From a virus (taxonomy: Duplodnaviria > Caudoviricetes), in IMG/VR virus record IMGVR_UViG_3300010270_000379, positions 11,649 through 75,648 of that record: 64,000 nt of DNA, one strand, 5' to 3'. A program made the translations under genes and the position numbers. A model generated the notes under the pieces. It made no database searches. It saw only the letters and a list, made by a program, of their open reading frames with translations, and had not been told where the DNA came from. Positions within the stretch are counted from its first letter, which is position 1, and the number at the start of each line of letters is the position of its first letter. This document shows positions 54,806 through 62,597 of this stretch, piece by piece.

Positions 54806-55038
54806 TTATCAACTCCTAAAAAAGCACGATCCAACTTTTCTTTTTCCTGTTCAAGATTTTTTCTTTTTTCTTCCACACGGATATTCTCACCACGGATAAT
54901 TTTCCAGGCAAGTTTAATACGATATTTCAATCTCATTTCTGAAATAGTCTGAAAAAAACAATCCCACGACTGATTGACAAGTGAAGTCTGATTACGTCTT
55001 ACAAGCTGTCTGAGCTTTTTTTCCTGTTTTCCACTCAT
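54802..55038 (-). CDS. Basic hypothetical protein
   Basis: Start MSGKQ. Confidence 0.55.
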   Translation of the reverse strand: MSGKQEKKLRQLVRRNQTSLVNQSWDCFFQTISEMRLKYRIKLAWKIIRGENIRVEEKRKNLEQEKEKLDRAFLGVDK

Positions 55039-55054
55039 TTTTTTACACCACCCT

Positions 55055-55966
55055 TTATATTTTTTTATAAGTAAGTCCATTTGTATCAATGAATTTACGC
55101 AAGGCCATTAATTTTGAGGCCGGACCGGTTATTTCAAGTCTAAATGTTGCAACAGGATCTTTTGGCTGTACTGTTTCATGCACGATTACAGGATTATCAA
55201 CAAATTTCTTTTCTTGTTCACTGAGCATTTCATTTCTTGTAGCACGTGCCATAGCAAGTCTTTCTTGTTCTGCCTTAATTCTGGCCCGATTTTCTTTAAG
55301 CTGATTACCCTTCTGCAATGTTGCATTAAGATCTAACGTATCAAGATAGAATGACTGCAGAACTTCTGAATCTTCATCTTGCATACTTTTAAGAGTATTC
55401 ATTTCTGTAGTGATTTTTTCAGTTATGGCTTTACATTCTTCCATGATGGAAGTCATTTTTTCACCTTTATTAAGCCATTTAGAATTAAATACACGTTCAA
55501 TTGGAACAATAGTAAAATTAAGAGTATTCCAAAACTCTATAATTTTGGCTTTCTTTTCGTCTTTTACCTGTTTATCAGCCTTATCAACAATTGTTTTAAG
55601 ATTGTTAGATGCTGTTTGAATTTCAGATTCAAGCTCTTTCATAACTGAAATAAATTCGTCTAAAGGTTTATTCCAGGTATTTGTTGCAAGAATTCTTTTT
55701 TGTGTAACATCTTTAAGAAGGTTATTAAGATAGACTTTATCGCTCTTTGCGGCTTCTGGATCGTCAATATATCTTTCAATGGTATAATTGGCAATTTCAT
55801 TTTTTAAGGCTGCAGAATATTCCTTTGCATTAGATGTAAGTTTTCCGGCCACAATGTTTGTTACTAATTCTAAATCAGATACTTTTACATCTGTTTTAGC
55901 CACTTCTAAGGTGTTTTCATCTTCCTGGATAACACCTTCAATTTGTAGTTTCTTTGTTCTTGGCAT
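55055..55966 (-). CDS. DUF1351-like coiled-coil protein
   Basis: Typical pattern ending KLMALRKFIDTNGLTYKKI; start corrected because the ORF-track start lies inside the tRNA. Confidence 0.7.
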   Translation of the reverse strand: MPRTKKLQIEGVIQEDENTLEVAKTDVKVSDLELVTNIVAGKLTSNAKEYSAALKNEIANYTIERYIDDPEAAKSDKVYLNNLLKDVTQKRILATNTWNKPLDEFISVMKELESEIQTASNNLKTIVDKADKQVKDEKKAKIIEFWNTLNFTIVPIERVFNSKWLNKGEKMTSIMEECKAITEKITTEMNTLKSMQDEDSEVLQSFYLDTLDLNATLQKGNQLKENRARIKAEQERLAMARATRNEMLSEQEKKFVDNPVIVHETVQPKDPVATFRLEITGPASKLMALRKFIDTNGLTYKKI

Positions 55967-55996
55967 AACATTTCCTTTATCACCAATAATGTGATA

Positions 55997-56068
55997 TGGC
56001 GGATGGTGGAATCGAACCACCGACCACCGGATTATGATTCCGGTGAGCTACCTCTGCTCTAATCCGCT
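55997..56068 (-). tRNA. tRNA with CAT anticodon, initiator-like variant; CCA not encoded
   Basis: AGCGGAT-TA-GAGC-AGAGGTA-GCTC-A-CCGGA-ATCATAA-TCCGG-TGGTC-GGTGG-TTCGATT-CCACC-ATCCGCC-A folds as a complete 72-nt cloverleaf. Confidence 0.9.
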
Positions 56069-56072
56069 AAAT

Positions 56073-56197
56073 ATCGTTTTATTACACGTTTATACAATGT
56101 TATAACGTGTTTTATTACGTTCTAATTCTTTTATAACGTGCTTTTACACGTTTGTCAAGAAAAATATGTAGATTTTTGCACGAATTTATACGATAAT
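56073..56197. promoter_or_regulatory. Switch 2: three type-2 operators with divergent promoters
   Basis: AACGTG-N6-CACGTT sites at 56073, 56104 and 56135 (31-bp period); minus-strand TTGACA-17-TATAAA; plus-strand TAGATT-17-GATAAT. Confidence 0.8.
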
Positions 56198-56203
56198 ATA
56201 AAT

Positions 56204-56527
56204 ATGAAGAACACATATTTTATTGAGAAATTAGAAGCCTGTTGCGCTGCCAAAGGAATGAAAAGAACTACATTTTGTAAGGATTTTGGTATTAGTGAAG
56301 CTACTGTTAGAACATGGATTAGAAAAGGTAATTATCCCCAGGCTGATACTCTTTACCAAATATCTAAGTATTTTGGTGTACCTATGGAATATTTCATGGA
56401 TGGATCTGAAATACCATTAACAGATAAGGAAGTTGTATTTTTAATGAAATTTAGAAAATTAAATGATGAACAAATAAATATGATTTCTTATCTTTTAGAC
56501 AAATTTGAACAGGAAAACAAAAAATAA
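56204..56527 (+). CDS. XRE-family HTH repressor 2 (apparently leaderless)
   Basis: MKRTTFCKDFGISEATVRTW...PQADTLYQISKYFGVPMEYFMDG; start corrected to MKNT. Confidence 0.85.
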   Translation: MKNTYFIEKLEACCAAKGMKRTTFCKDFGISEATVRTWIRKGNYPQADTLYQISKYFGVPMEYFMDGSEIPLTDKEVVFLMKFRKLNDEQINMISYLLDKFEQENKK

Positions 56528-56528
56528 T

Positions 56529-56570
56529 TTACTAATTAATCCATAAAAAAAATATGAATTAATTAGTAAA
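56529..56570. terminator. AT-rich inverted repeat between convergent genes
   Basis: TTTACTAATTAAT/ATTAATTAGTAAA. Confidence 0.45.
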
Positions 56571-56584
56571 TAATTAGTATTTAA

Positions 56585-57703
56585 TTAGAATGTCATCGGC
56601 ATAATAACATGTGTATAAGGTGTATTGATATTATCTGCAGCTCTTACAATTAAGGCCGATGTTACTCTTTTATCCTGATTAAACTTAAAGTCAATTGATA
56701 TATCATCACTATCAATTACTTTAAGGACCTCAGAAAGATACATAGCATTAAGAGCTATATCTGCCGGTTCCCCTGAATACTTAGCATCAAGCTCTTCTTT
56801 AGAGCTTCCGTTTTCTGTTTCCGGTGTAGATATTTCCATTTTATCAGCATCAAGATGCATCTGAATTCGGCCGTTTCTGGCAGCCATAATAACTGTACGT
56901 TTCATAGCTTCATCAAGTTCTTTTTTAGATACTGTAAACGTATGATCCAGGCTCACAGGTACAACCTTCTTCCAGGAAGGATATTGACCACTTATTAACG
57001 ATGATGACAATTCATATCCATAGGCCCTGAAAAAGAACATTTTATCAGTTGTATTAATTTCAATCTGGCCTTCATCCTGACAAAGTTTTTCAATGATAGC
57101 AAAAATCTTTACCGGAATTATGGCAGAAGTGAAATCCGGGCTAAAATCTACGCAATTACATACCGACATTCTACGGCCATCTGTAGCAACCATATACAAC
57201 AGGTTATCCTCTTTAATAAGATAACAACCTGTCATTATGTATCTGTTAGAATCTGTAGACACGGCAAAAGCTGTATGTTTAATAAGATTCTTAAAATCCT
57301 TAGCAGCGATCTTGATAGAGTTTTCTGGATTAAACCCATTGAATACCGGGAATTTATCTGCAGCAAGCGACTTGATTTTGAACTTTACTTTTTTACCTAG
57401 AGGCTTAACAAGTATTTCAATTTCACTTGATTCAATTTCAATATCACCCATAGGCAATGATGAAATAACACTTACAAACTTATCGCAAAATACTGTTGTT
57501 TCCCCTTCTTCCACAATATCGGCATTGAAGCTGCTAATTGCATTGATTGTAGAATTGGTGCATTTTACAATTACTTTTTGATTTTCTTTATCAGTCTGCA
57601 GCAGCACGTTAGACATAATGGAAATTGCACTTTTATTAGTGATAACTTCCTGAGCTACACTTAATACTCTAAGAATAGCATCTTTACTAGTTACAAATTT
57701 CAT
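56585..57703 (-). CDS. dnaN: DNA polymerase III beta sliding clamp
   Basis: 372 aa; SIMSNVLL, VATDGRRM, GQYPSWKKVVP, LNAMYL, VIMPM. Confidence 0.93.
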   Translation of the reverse strand: MKFVTSKDAILRVLSVAQEVITNKSAISIMSNVLLQTDKENQKVIVKCTNSTINAISSFNADIVEEGETTVFCDKFVSVISSLPMGDIEIESSEIEILVKPLGKKVKFKIKSLAADKFPVFNGFNPENSIKIAAKDFKNLIKHTAFAVSTDSNRYIMTGCYLIKEDNLLYMVATDGRRMSVCNCVDFSPDFTSAIIPVKIFAIIEKLCQDEGQIEINTTDKMFFFRAYGYELSSSLISGQYPSWKKVVPVSLDHTFTVSKKELDEAMKRTVIMAARNGRIQMHLDADKMEISTPETENGSSKEELDAKYSGEPADIALNAMYLSEVLKVIDSDDISIDFKFNQDKRVTSALIVRAADNINTPYTHVIMPMTF

Positions 57704-57712
57704 AGTTTTTAT

Positions 57713-58024
57713 TTACTCCTTATCAATGATTTTCACGTTATATTGCTTGTATGTTTCCCTCGTTTTTACAAACTCAATAACATCATCCAGAAGAAAAGCA
57801 AAATATTTCTTTTTTCCGTTTTCGGACCTGGTAAATTCAGCAAAAGAAATTTGTTTATTTTTCTTTCCCTCGTATAAGATGCGGCTAACCTGTTCAATGT
57901 ATACAGCATTTTTACAATGCGGCATCTTTTTAAACCACAATTTATGAAGCTCTGTTGTTTCATCGTTTATCATGTCTTTAAGTTCATAAGTTGTGTAATA
58001 TTTCCTACCCTTATTTTCTATCAT
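57713..58024 (-). CDS. Hypothetical protein
   Basis: RBS plus ORF. Confidence 0.55.
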   Translation of the reverse strand: MIENKGRKYYTTYELKDMINDETTELHKLWFKKMPHCKNAVYIEQVSRILYEGKKNKQISFAEFTRSENGKKKYFAFLLDDVIEFVKTRETYKQYNVKIIDKE

Positions 58025-58036
58025 TTATTACCTCAC

Positions 58037-58462
58037 TTAAATACCTGTAGAGCCAAAACCAGAATCACCACGATTTGTTTGTGAAAGTTTATCAACTACT
58101 TCAAAATAAACCGTTGGAGCCTGTCTAATTGCTAACTGACATATTCTATCGCCATTAGAAATAACAAAATCTTCACCAGAATTGTTTATGACATTAGCCA
58201 TAAGTTCACCACGATAATTTTCATCACATGTACCAATTGCAACGTCAATATATTTACTTGTTAGTCCACTTCTAGGCCTTACAACAGCTTCATAATTAGC
58301 CGGTAATTCAAGCATAAAACCTAATGGTATTAATGCTCTTGTTCCTTTAGGAATCCAAACGGATTTACAAGTAATTCTTGCATAGCAATCTAAGCATGCA
58401 TCACCCATTCTTTTATACTCTGGCTTTTTACCACCTTTCAAAACTTTAATTTTTACAATCAT
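58037..58462 (-). CDS. dut: Trimeric dUTPase
   Basis: DACLD, PRSG, GTCDENYRGE, GDRICQ, RGDSGFGSTG. Confidence 0.93.
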   Translation of the reverse strand: MIVKIKVLKGGKKPEYKRMGDACLDCYARITCKSVWIPKGTRALIPLGFMLELPANYEAVVRPRSGLTSKYIDVAIGTCDENYRGELMANVINNSGEDFVISNGDRICQLAIRQAPTVYFEVVDKLSQTNRGDSGFGSTGI

Positions 58463-58476
58463 ATTTCCCCCTATAA

Positions 58477-58677
58477 TTACAAAATGCAAATTCCAATTAT
58501 TGATAAGGCCAATAAAATAAAATCAAAAAATAAAGTTATAGTATCTTTCTTCGTCTTTTCAAGGTGATAAATAGTAAACAGCACTACAATACTTGATAAA
58601 ACAATTGCAGCTATTACAAGACCTTTAATTTTGTAAATCCATCCAAAAATCAAAAATAATAATGCTAAAATATCCAT
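58477..58677 (-). CDS. Small membrane protein
   Basis: Hydrophobic, 2-3 TM. Confidence 0.55.
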   Translation of the reverse strand: MDILALLFLIFGWIYKIKGLVIAAIVLSSIVVLFTIYHLEKTKKDTITLFFDFILLALSIIGICIL

Positions 58678-58689
58678 ATTTCCCCCTTT

Positions 58690-59253
58690 TTATTTACTAA
58701 AATTGTTTTTTGTGTTGTTATGAGGCAAATGGCAGAAAATTGTATGATCTATAAAGTCATAACAAACATATCCGCTGCAAAAACTTGATGTATTTCCATC
58801 AAAAGACACTTTTTTATCTGGAATAATAAATTGAATCTTTGGATTTACGAATTGAAACAAGTTACCGATTTCCTGATAGTTTATTGCCATCATATTCATC
58901 AGCAGCACAAACGGTTTTTTCAAGTCAAAAATAATACGTTCAAATATGTCTAATTTTGTACTAAACGGTGGATTAGACACGATAATATCAAACTGTTCCG
59001 GCTGATAATGAAAAAAGTCCTTATCATCATTTAGATGGCTTCTAACAACTTTGAATCCTCTTGATTTTAGAATTGTGTAGTATTTGCTTTCTTCTGTATC
59101 AAATGGCAACCAGATAATAGGCCTACGGCCATTTTTATTGATAAAATCTACTTCCCACTTTCCTAAATATGGAGCAATCATAGTAACCAAGATACTAGGT
59201 GTATAATATTCATCCTGAGCCTTAAATGCTTTCTTAAAACTTCTCTTTCCCAT
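58690..59253 (-). CDS. Amino-methyltransferase-like protein (NPPF)
   Basis: DEYYTP, IWLPFD, DFF, DIIVSNPPFS. Confidence 0.75.
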   Translation of the reverse strand: MGKRSFKKAFKAQDEYYTPSILVTMIAPYLGKWEVDFINKNGRRPIIWLPFDTEESKYYTILKSRGFKVVRSHLNDDKDFFHYQPEQFDIIVSNPPFSTKLDIFERIIFDLKKPFVLLMNMMAINYQEIGNLFQFVNPKIQFIIPDKKVSFDGNTSSFCSGYVCYDFIDHTIFCHLPHNNTKNNFSK

Positions 59254-59255
59254 TT

Positions 59256-59558
59256 TTACACTCCGGCTTTTGTACAGAATTCTTCAAGCTGCTCTTTTGT
59301 AATTGTCTCTAATGGTTTCCAGGCAATAACTTTTTTTTGCTTCCATGAACAAGTAAAATCTTTTTCTTTGTCATACATTCCACCATCCACAAAGAAAAAA
59401 CCATTTTGATAAGTTCCCCTGTAATAGTTATAGCCACCTTCAATACTAGTTCCGTAAAGAATAACCATAACATCATAGAACTTACCGTCATCAGCCGGTA
59501 AACTGTCTTTTACACTCTTGTATTCAAATTTGATTTCTGCCATTTCTTTAATCTCCAA
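59256..59558 (-). CDS. DUF551-like protein
   Basis: SVKDSLPADD...VIAWKP. Confidence 0.55.
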   Translation of the reverse strand: MEIKEMAEIKFEYKSVKDSLPADDGKFYDVMVILYGTSIEGGYNYYRGTYQNGFFFVDGGMYDKEKDFTCSWKQKKVIAWKPLETITKEQLEEFCTKAGV

Positions 59559-60231
59559 AATTCAATAATCCTTGCTCTGTAAACTTTTTGAATCTTTCTT
59601 CCTGTTTATCAAAGTATGTTTTACTAAGTTCACAGGCCCAAAAATCAAAACCATATTCATAGGCCGCAATTCTGCTTGAACCACTTCCTAAATGACTGTC
59701 GAATATCTTGTCACCTTTTACAGCGAATCGACTTAACAAATACTTGTATAATTCAACCGGCTTTTGTGTAGGATGGATTTTCTTTTCACAATTAAAACCG
59801 CCGTTCATCTGCTTATAAAGTTTTGCCGGCTTATCGTAACTAGTCCATGCTATTTCAACCTGACTAAAGTTTTCCCAGGGCTGACACTTATCCCAAGCTA
59901 CTACACATCTTGTAGGAGGCAGCTTGAAATAATTTCCACCCCATATAATTTGATTTTTACTAACACGGAATAATTCATTGAAATAGTTTTTATCCGGTGG
60001 AGTTTCATCCCATGTACAATCTGATTGATTCAATACTCTATTTTTCAATTTGCCGGATCCACCGTTTAACCTTTTCTTAGAGTTATATTTGCCATTAGAA
60101 TAGCCCCCCCCCATACTCATTTTAGGAGCATTAATACCATAAGGCGGATCCACAATAGCAATATCGAAAAACTTATCTGGAATAGTTTTCATGTATTCCA
60201 TACAATCCATGTTATAAACTTCACTAATCAT
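59548..60231 (-). CDS. N6-A/N4-C DNA methyltransferase (beta class)
   Basis: DCMEYM, IVDPPYG, HPTQKPVELY, FDSHLGSGSS. Confidence 0.9.
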   Translation of the reverse strand: MISEVYNMDCMEYMKTIPDKFFDIAIVDPPYGINAPKMSMGGGYSNGKYNSKKRLNGGSGKLKNRVLNQSDCTWDETPPDKNYFNELFRVSKNQIIWGGNYFKLPPTRCVVAWDKCQPWENFSQVEIAWTSYDKPAKLYKQMNGGFNCEKKIHPTQKPVELYKYLLSRFAVKGDKIFDSHLGSGSSRIAAYEYGFDFWACELSKTYFDKQEERFKKFTEQGLLNFGD

Positions 60232-60400
60232 TTTTCAGGACCTTAAAATCAACGTTTGTAAAGTTTTCAGCATCAAGAACATAATCGTCTTTTGCAGCCC
60301 TATAGTTACAATCAGCCATAATTAGAGCTTCATGCTCATTGTTTGCTTCAATTTCTACAGTTTTTTCAAGTGTTTCAGTTATCTGGACCTTATAAATCAT
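60224..60400 (-). CDS. DpnD/PcfM-like small protein
   Basis: YKVQITETLEKTVEIEA...EAL...Y...VLDAENF..VDF. Confidence 0.75.
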   Translation of the reverse strand: MIYKVQITETLEKTVEIEANNEHEALIMADCNYRAAKDDYVLDAENFTNVDFKVLKND

Positions 60401-60417
60401 ATAATTAATTCCTTTAG

Positions 60418-60523
60418 TGTATACTATTTGTTTACACCTGATTAAGATATTAATATCTGTAATATACATTGTCAAGAAAAATGTATATAAATTGTTTACT
60501 TTTTTAGTATTTTTTACGATAAT
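60418..60523. promoter_or_regulatory. Switch 3: two type-3 operators with divergent promoters
   Basis: TGTATA-N4-TTGTTTAC at 60418 and 60482; minus-strand TTGACA-17-TAATAT; plus-strand TTTACT-17-GATAAT. Confidence 0.75.
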
Positions 60524-60529
60524 AGAAGT

Positions 60530-60880
60530 ATGGAAAGCATAGATTACAAAGGAATTTATCAAAGAATACGATTAATGCTTGATAGTAGTAATTGCTCTGT
60601 TGTTGATTTAGCGAATTTTTTAGGGAAAACCAGACAAGTTGTGTATAAATGGCAATATGGATTAATGCATCCAACATTACCAGACTTACTAAAAATGGCT
60701 AATTTTTTCGGTGTACCACTTGAATATTTAATCTCAGGCAAAGAAGGCCCTATTGATGATGCTACAGCGGCCTTTCTTGTATCTACCAAAGACCTTACAG
60801 AAGAACAAAAAAAGATTATTTTTGCATCTATAAAGGCCCAAGTTGATATGTTTAAGAAAATGAATAAAGAAAATAAATAG
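60530..60880 (+). CDS. XRE-family HTH repressor 3 (apparently leaderless)
   Basis: SVVDLANFLGKTRQVVYKW...PTLPDLLKMANFFGVPLEYLISG. Confidence 0.85.
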   Translation: MESIDYKGIYQRIRLMLDSSNCSVVDLANFLGKTRQVVYKWQYGLMHPTLPDLLKMANFFGVPLEYLISGKEGPIDDATAAFLVSTKDLTEEQKKIIFASIKAQVDMFKKMNKENK

Positions 60881-60973
60881 ACAATTCTATACTTATATAT
60901 TATAATAATTTTATTAGGTGTTAGAGCCAATCTAAGCCGGCAATTTCTATTTTGAAGTTGCCGGCTTTTTTTT
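60878..60973 (+). promoter_or_regulatory. Late leader L7 (lysis operon)
   Basis: TAGACA(60878)-17-TATAAT(60901); GTGTTAGAGCCAATCTAAGCCGG...CCGGCTT followed by T-run. Confidence 0.75.
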
Positions 60974-60999
60974 ATTCTTTTTAATTCTGGGTGGAAAAA

Positions 61000-61509
61000 A
61001 TGGGTGACGAAAAAAAGGATATGGAAATTTTATTAAACATTCAAAATATTTTAGGAACAGTAGTAGAAGCTACATCCTCAATTAAAAATGATATTGTAGA
61101 ATTAAAACAAAGAGATTTACGTCAAAGTGAAGAACTTGAAAAGGCCTATGATAAAGCGAAGGCAAGACAGGATAGTATCAGGGATGACTTGCAGCATCAG
61201 ATTGATAACGACCATCAACTTATAACAGATATAAAAAGTAGTATAGATTCACTCACACTAACCATATCCGGTGTAGTAGAACAATCAAAAAAAAATGCTG
61301 AACTAATGATTAAAGAACATTTAGAAAAGTATGATATAAAATTGAATGAATTAACAATTGCATTTAACAATCTTAAAGATGAAAAGAAAAACAAAGTTTT
61401 TTCATGGTGGGAAAAAATACTAGATAAATTATTCTGGGTAGTTATTGCTATTATTTTTGCTGCCGTTTTCAAATATCTTAATTTTACACCGCCAAAATTG
61501 CCTGTATAA
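61000..61509 (+). CDS. Coiled-coil protein with C-terminal TM (lysis cassette)
   Basis: Heptad-rich, FWVVIAIIFAAVF TM. Confidence 0.65.
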   Translation: MGDEKKDMEILLNIQNILGTVVEATSSIKNDIVELKQRDLRQSEELEKAYDKAKARQDSIRDDLQHQIDNDHQLITDIKSSIDSLTLTISGVVEQSKKNAELMIKEHLEKYDIKLNELTIAFNNLKDEKKNKVFSWWEKILDKLFWVVIAIIFAAVFKYLNFTPPKLPV

Positions 61510-61537
61510 AATCTAAATATAAAAGGAGATAAAAACT

Positions 61538-61828
61538 ATGGGAGAATTTGCAAGTTACATTATCAAGGCTATTATTTCAGCCCTTGCCGGTGTTGGTTTA
61601 ATGGAATGGTTGAAGAATTTCATTAAAACAGAAAAGACCTGGATTTATTCAATCATTATGCCTGTTATTGCTGTTGGTTGTTTCTGCAGCATTGAATATC
61701 TTCCTATCGGTGTTTTTGGTTCCATTATGACAATTGGAATTATGCAGATTAATTATCAGCTTTTAATCCAGGGAATCCAGAAAATTGTTAAATCGAAAAT
61801 AAATAAAATCTCAGAATCGGAGGACTAA
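61538..61828 (+). CDS. Holin-like membrane protein
   Basis: Three hydrophobic segments, charged tail, directly before endolysin. Confidence 0.65.
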   Translation: MGEFASYIIKAIISALAGVGLMEWLKNFIKTEKTWIYSIIMPVIAVGCFCSIEYLPIGVFGSIMTIGIMQINYQLLIQGIQKIVKSKINKISESED

Positions 61829-61829
61829 A

Positions 61830-62276
61830 ATGAGTAATCTGATTAAAGATTTAAATAAAGATATTCAGCCTATGGCAAATAAAGCATACAAGGCCATGAA
61901 TAATTCTGCAGCCTTAAAAAAACTAGGTGTAGAAAAAATTGTAATTGTTGAAACAAAAAGAGACTTAGCCGTTCAAATGGCTTATTATTCACGTTCCAGG
62001 ATGAAGGATCCAAATGACGTAAAAGCTATGTATAAGGCAGCCGGACTATACGAACCTTCAATAAAAGAATGTAACACGGAAAACACTAAAACATTAAATT
62101 CTAATCATATTAAAGGAATTGCGATAGATTTTGCACCTTATAAGGATGGTAAAATCTGGTGGGATGCTCCTGTAACTGTCTGGAATGAAATGGGAAAAAT
62201 CGGTAAAAAATACGGTTTTTCATGGGGAGGCGATTGGACCGATTGGAAAGATTATCCTCATTTTGAGAAGGTGTAA
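61830..62276 (+). CDS. Endolysin, M15 (L-Ala-D-Glu/CwlK-like) peptidase
   Basis: ETKR...Q, SNHIKGIAIDF, WGGDW...DYPHFE. Confidence 0.9.
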   Translation: MSNLIKDLNKDIQPMANKAYKAMNNSAALKKLGVEKIVIVETKRDLAVQMAYYSRSRMKDPNDVKAMYKAAGLYEPSIKECNTENTKTLNSNHIKGIAIDFAPYKDGKIWWDAPVTVWNEMGKIGKKYGFSWGGDWTDWKDYPHFEKV

Positions 62277-62279
62277 TTT

Positions 62280-62597
62280 ATGGAAATACTAAAAAAGATC
62301 TTAAAGGCTATCTGGACCGGAATTAAATATATTGCTGTTACTGTTTGTTTTGGAATAGCAGCAATTTTCTTGTTTAAGAAAAAAGATACAAAAAATGAAC
62401 TTGATGAAGCTGAAAAAGCAAGAGAGGATAAAAAAAATGAGCTTGAAGAAAAAACTCCTGATGATATTGCTGCCGATAGTCCTAATCCTGACACTATCAG
62501 CGCAAACATCGAACGAGAACAAGAAGAACTTAGAAAACGAGTTAGGGATAGACTTAACAAAAACATACCAGGGAACGGAAGTTCAAGCAATAATTGA
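62280..62597 (+). CDS. Inner-spanin-like protein
   Basis: N-terminal TM followed by coiled coil; after endolysin. Confidence 0.5.
   Translation: MEILKKILKAIWTGIKYIAVTVCFGIAAIFLFKKKDTKNELDEAEKAREDKKNELEEKTPDDIAADSPNPDTISANIEREQEELRKRVRDRLNKNIPGNGSSSNN

Noticed and set aside
55967-56020. N-terminal extension MVRFHHPP... of the DUF1351-like gene
   Set aside because: It overlaps the tRNA T-arm and acceptor stem; the real start is MPRTKK at 55966.
157-60930. Many plus-strand and nested ORFs in the six-frame track (e.g. 10194..10613, 16871..17338, 20874..21644, 37117..37458, 57237..57581, 45808..46110, 60559..60930)
   Set aside because: They are antisense or off-frame shadows of real genes, Phe/Ser-rich, with no RBS or recognisable motifs.
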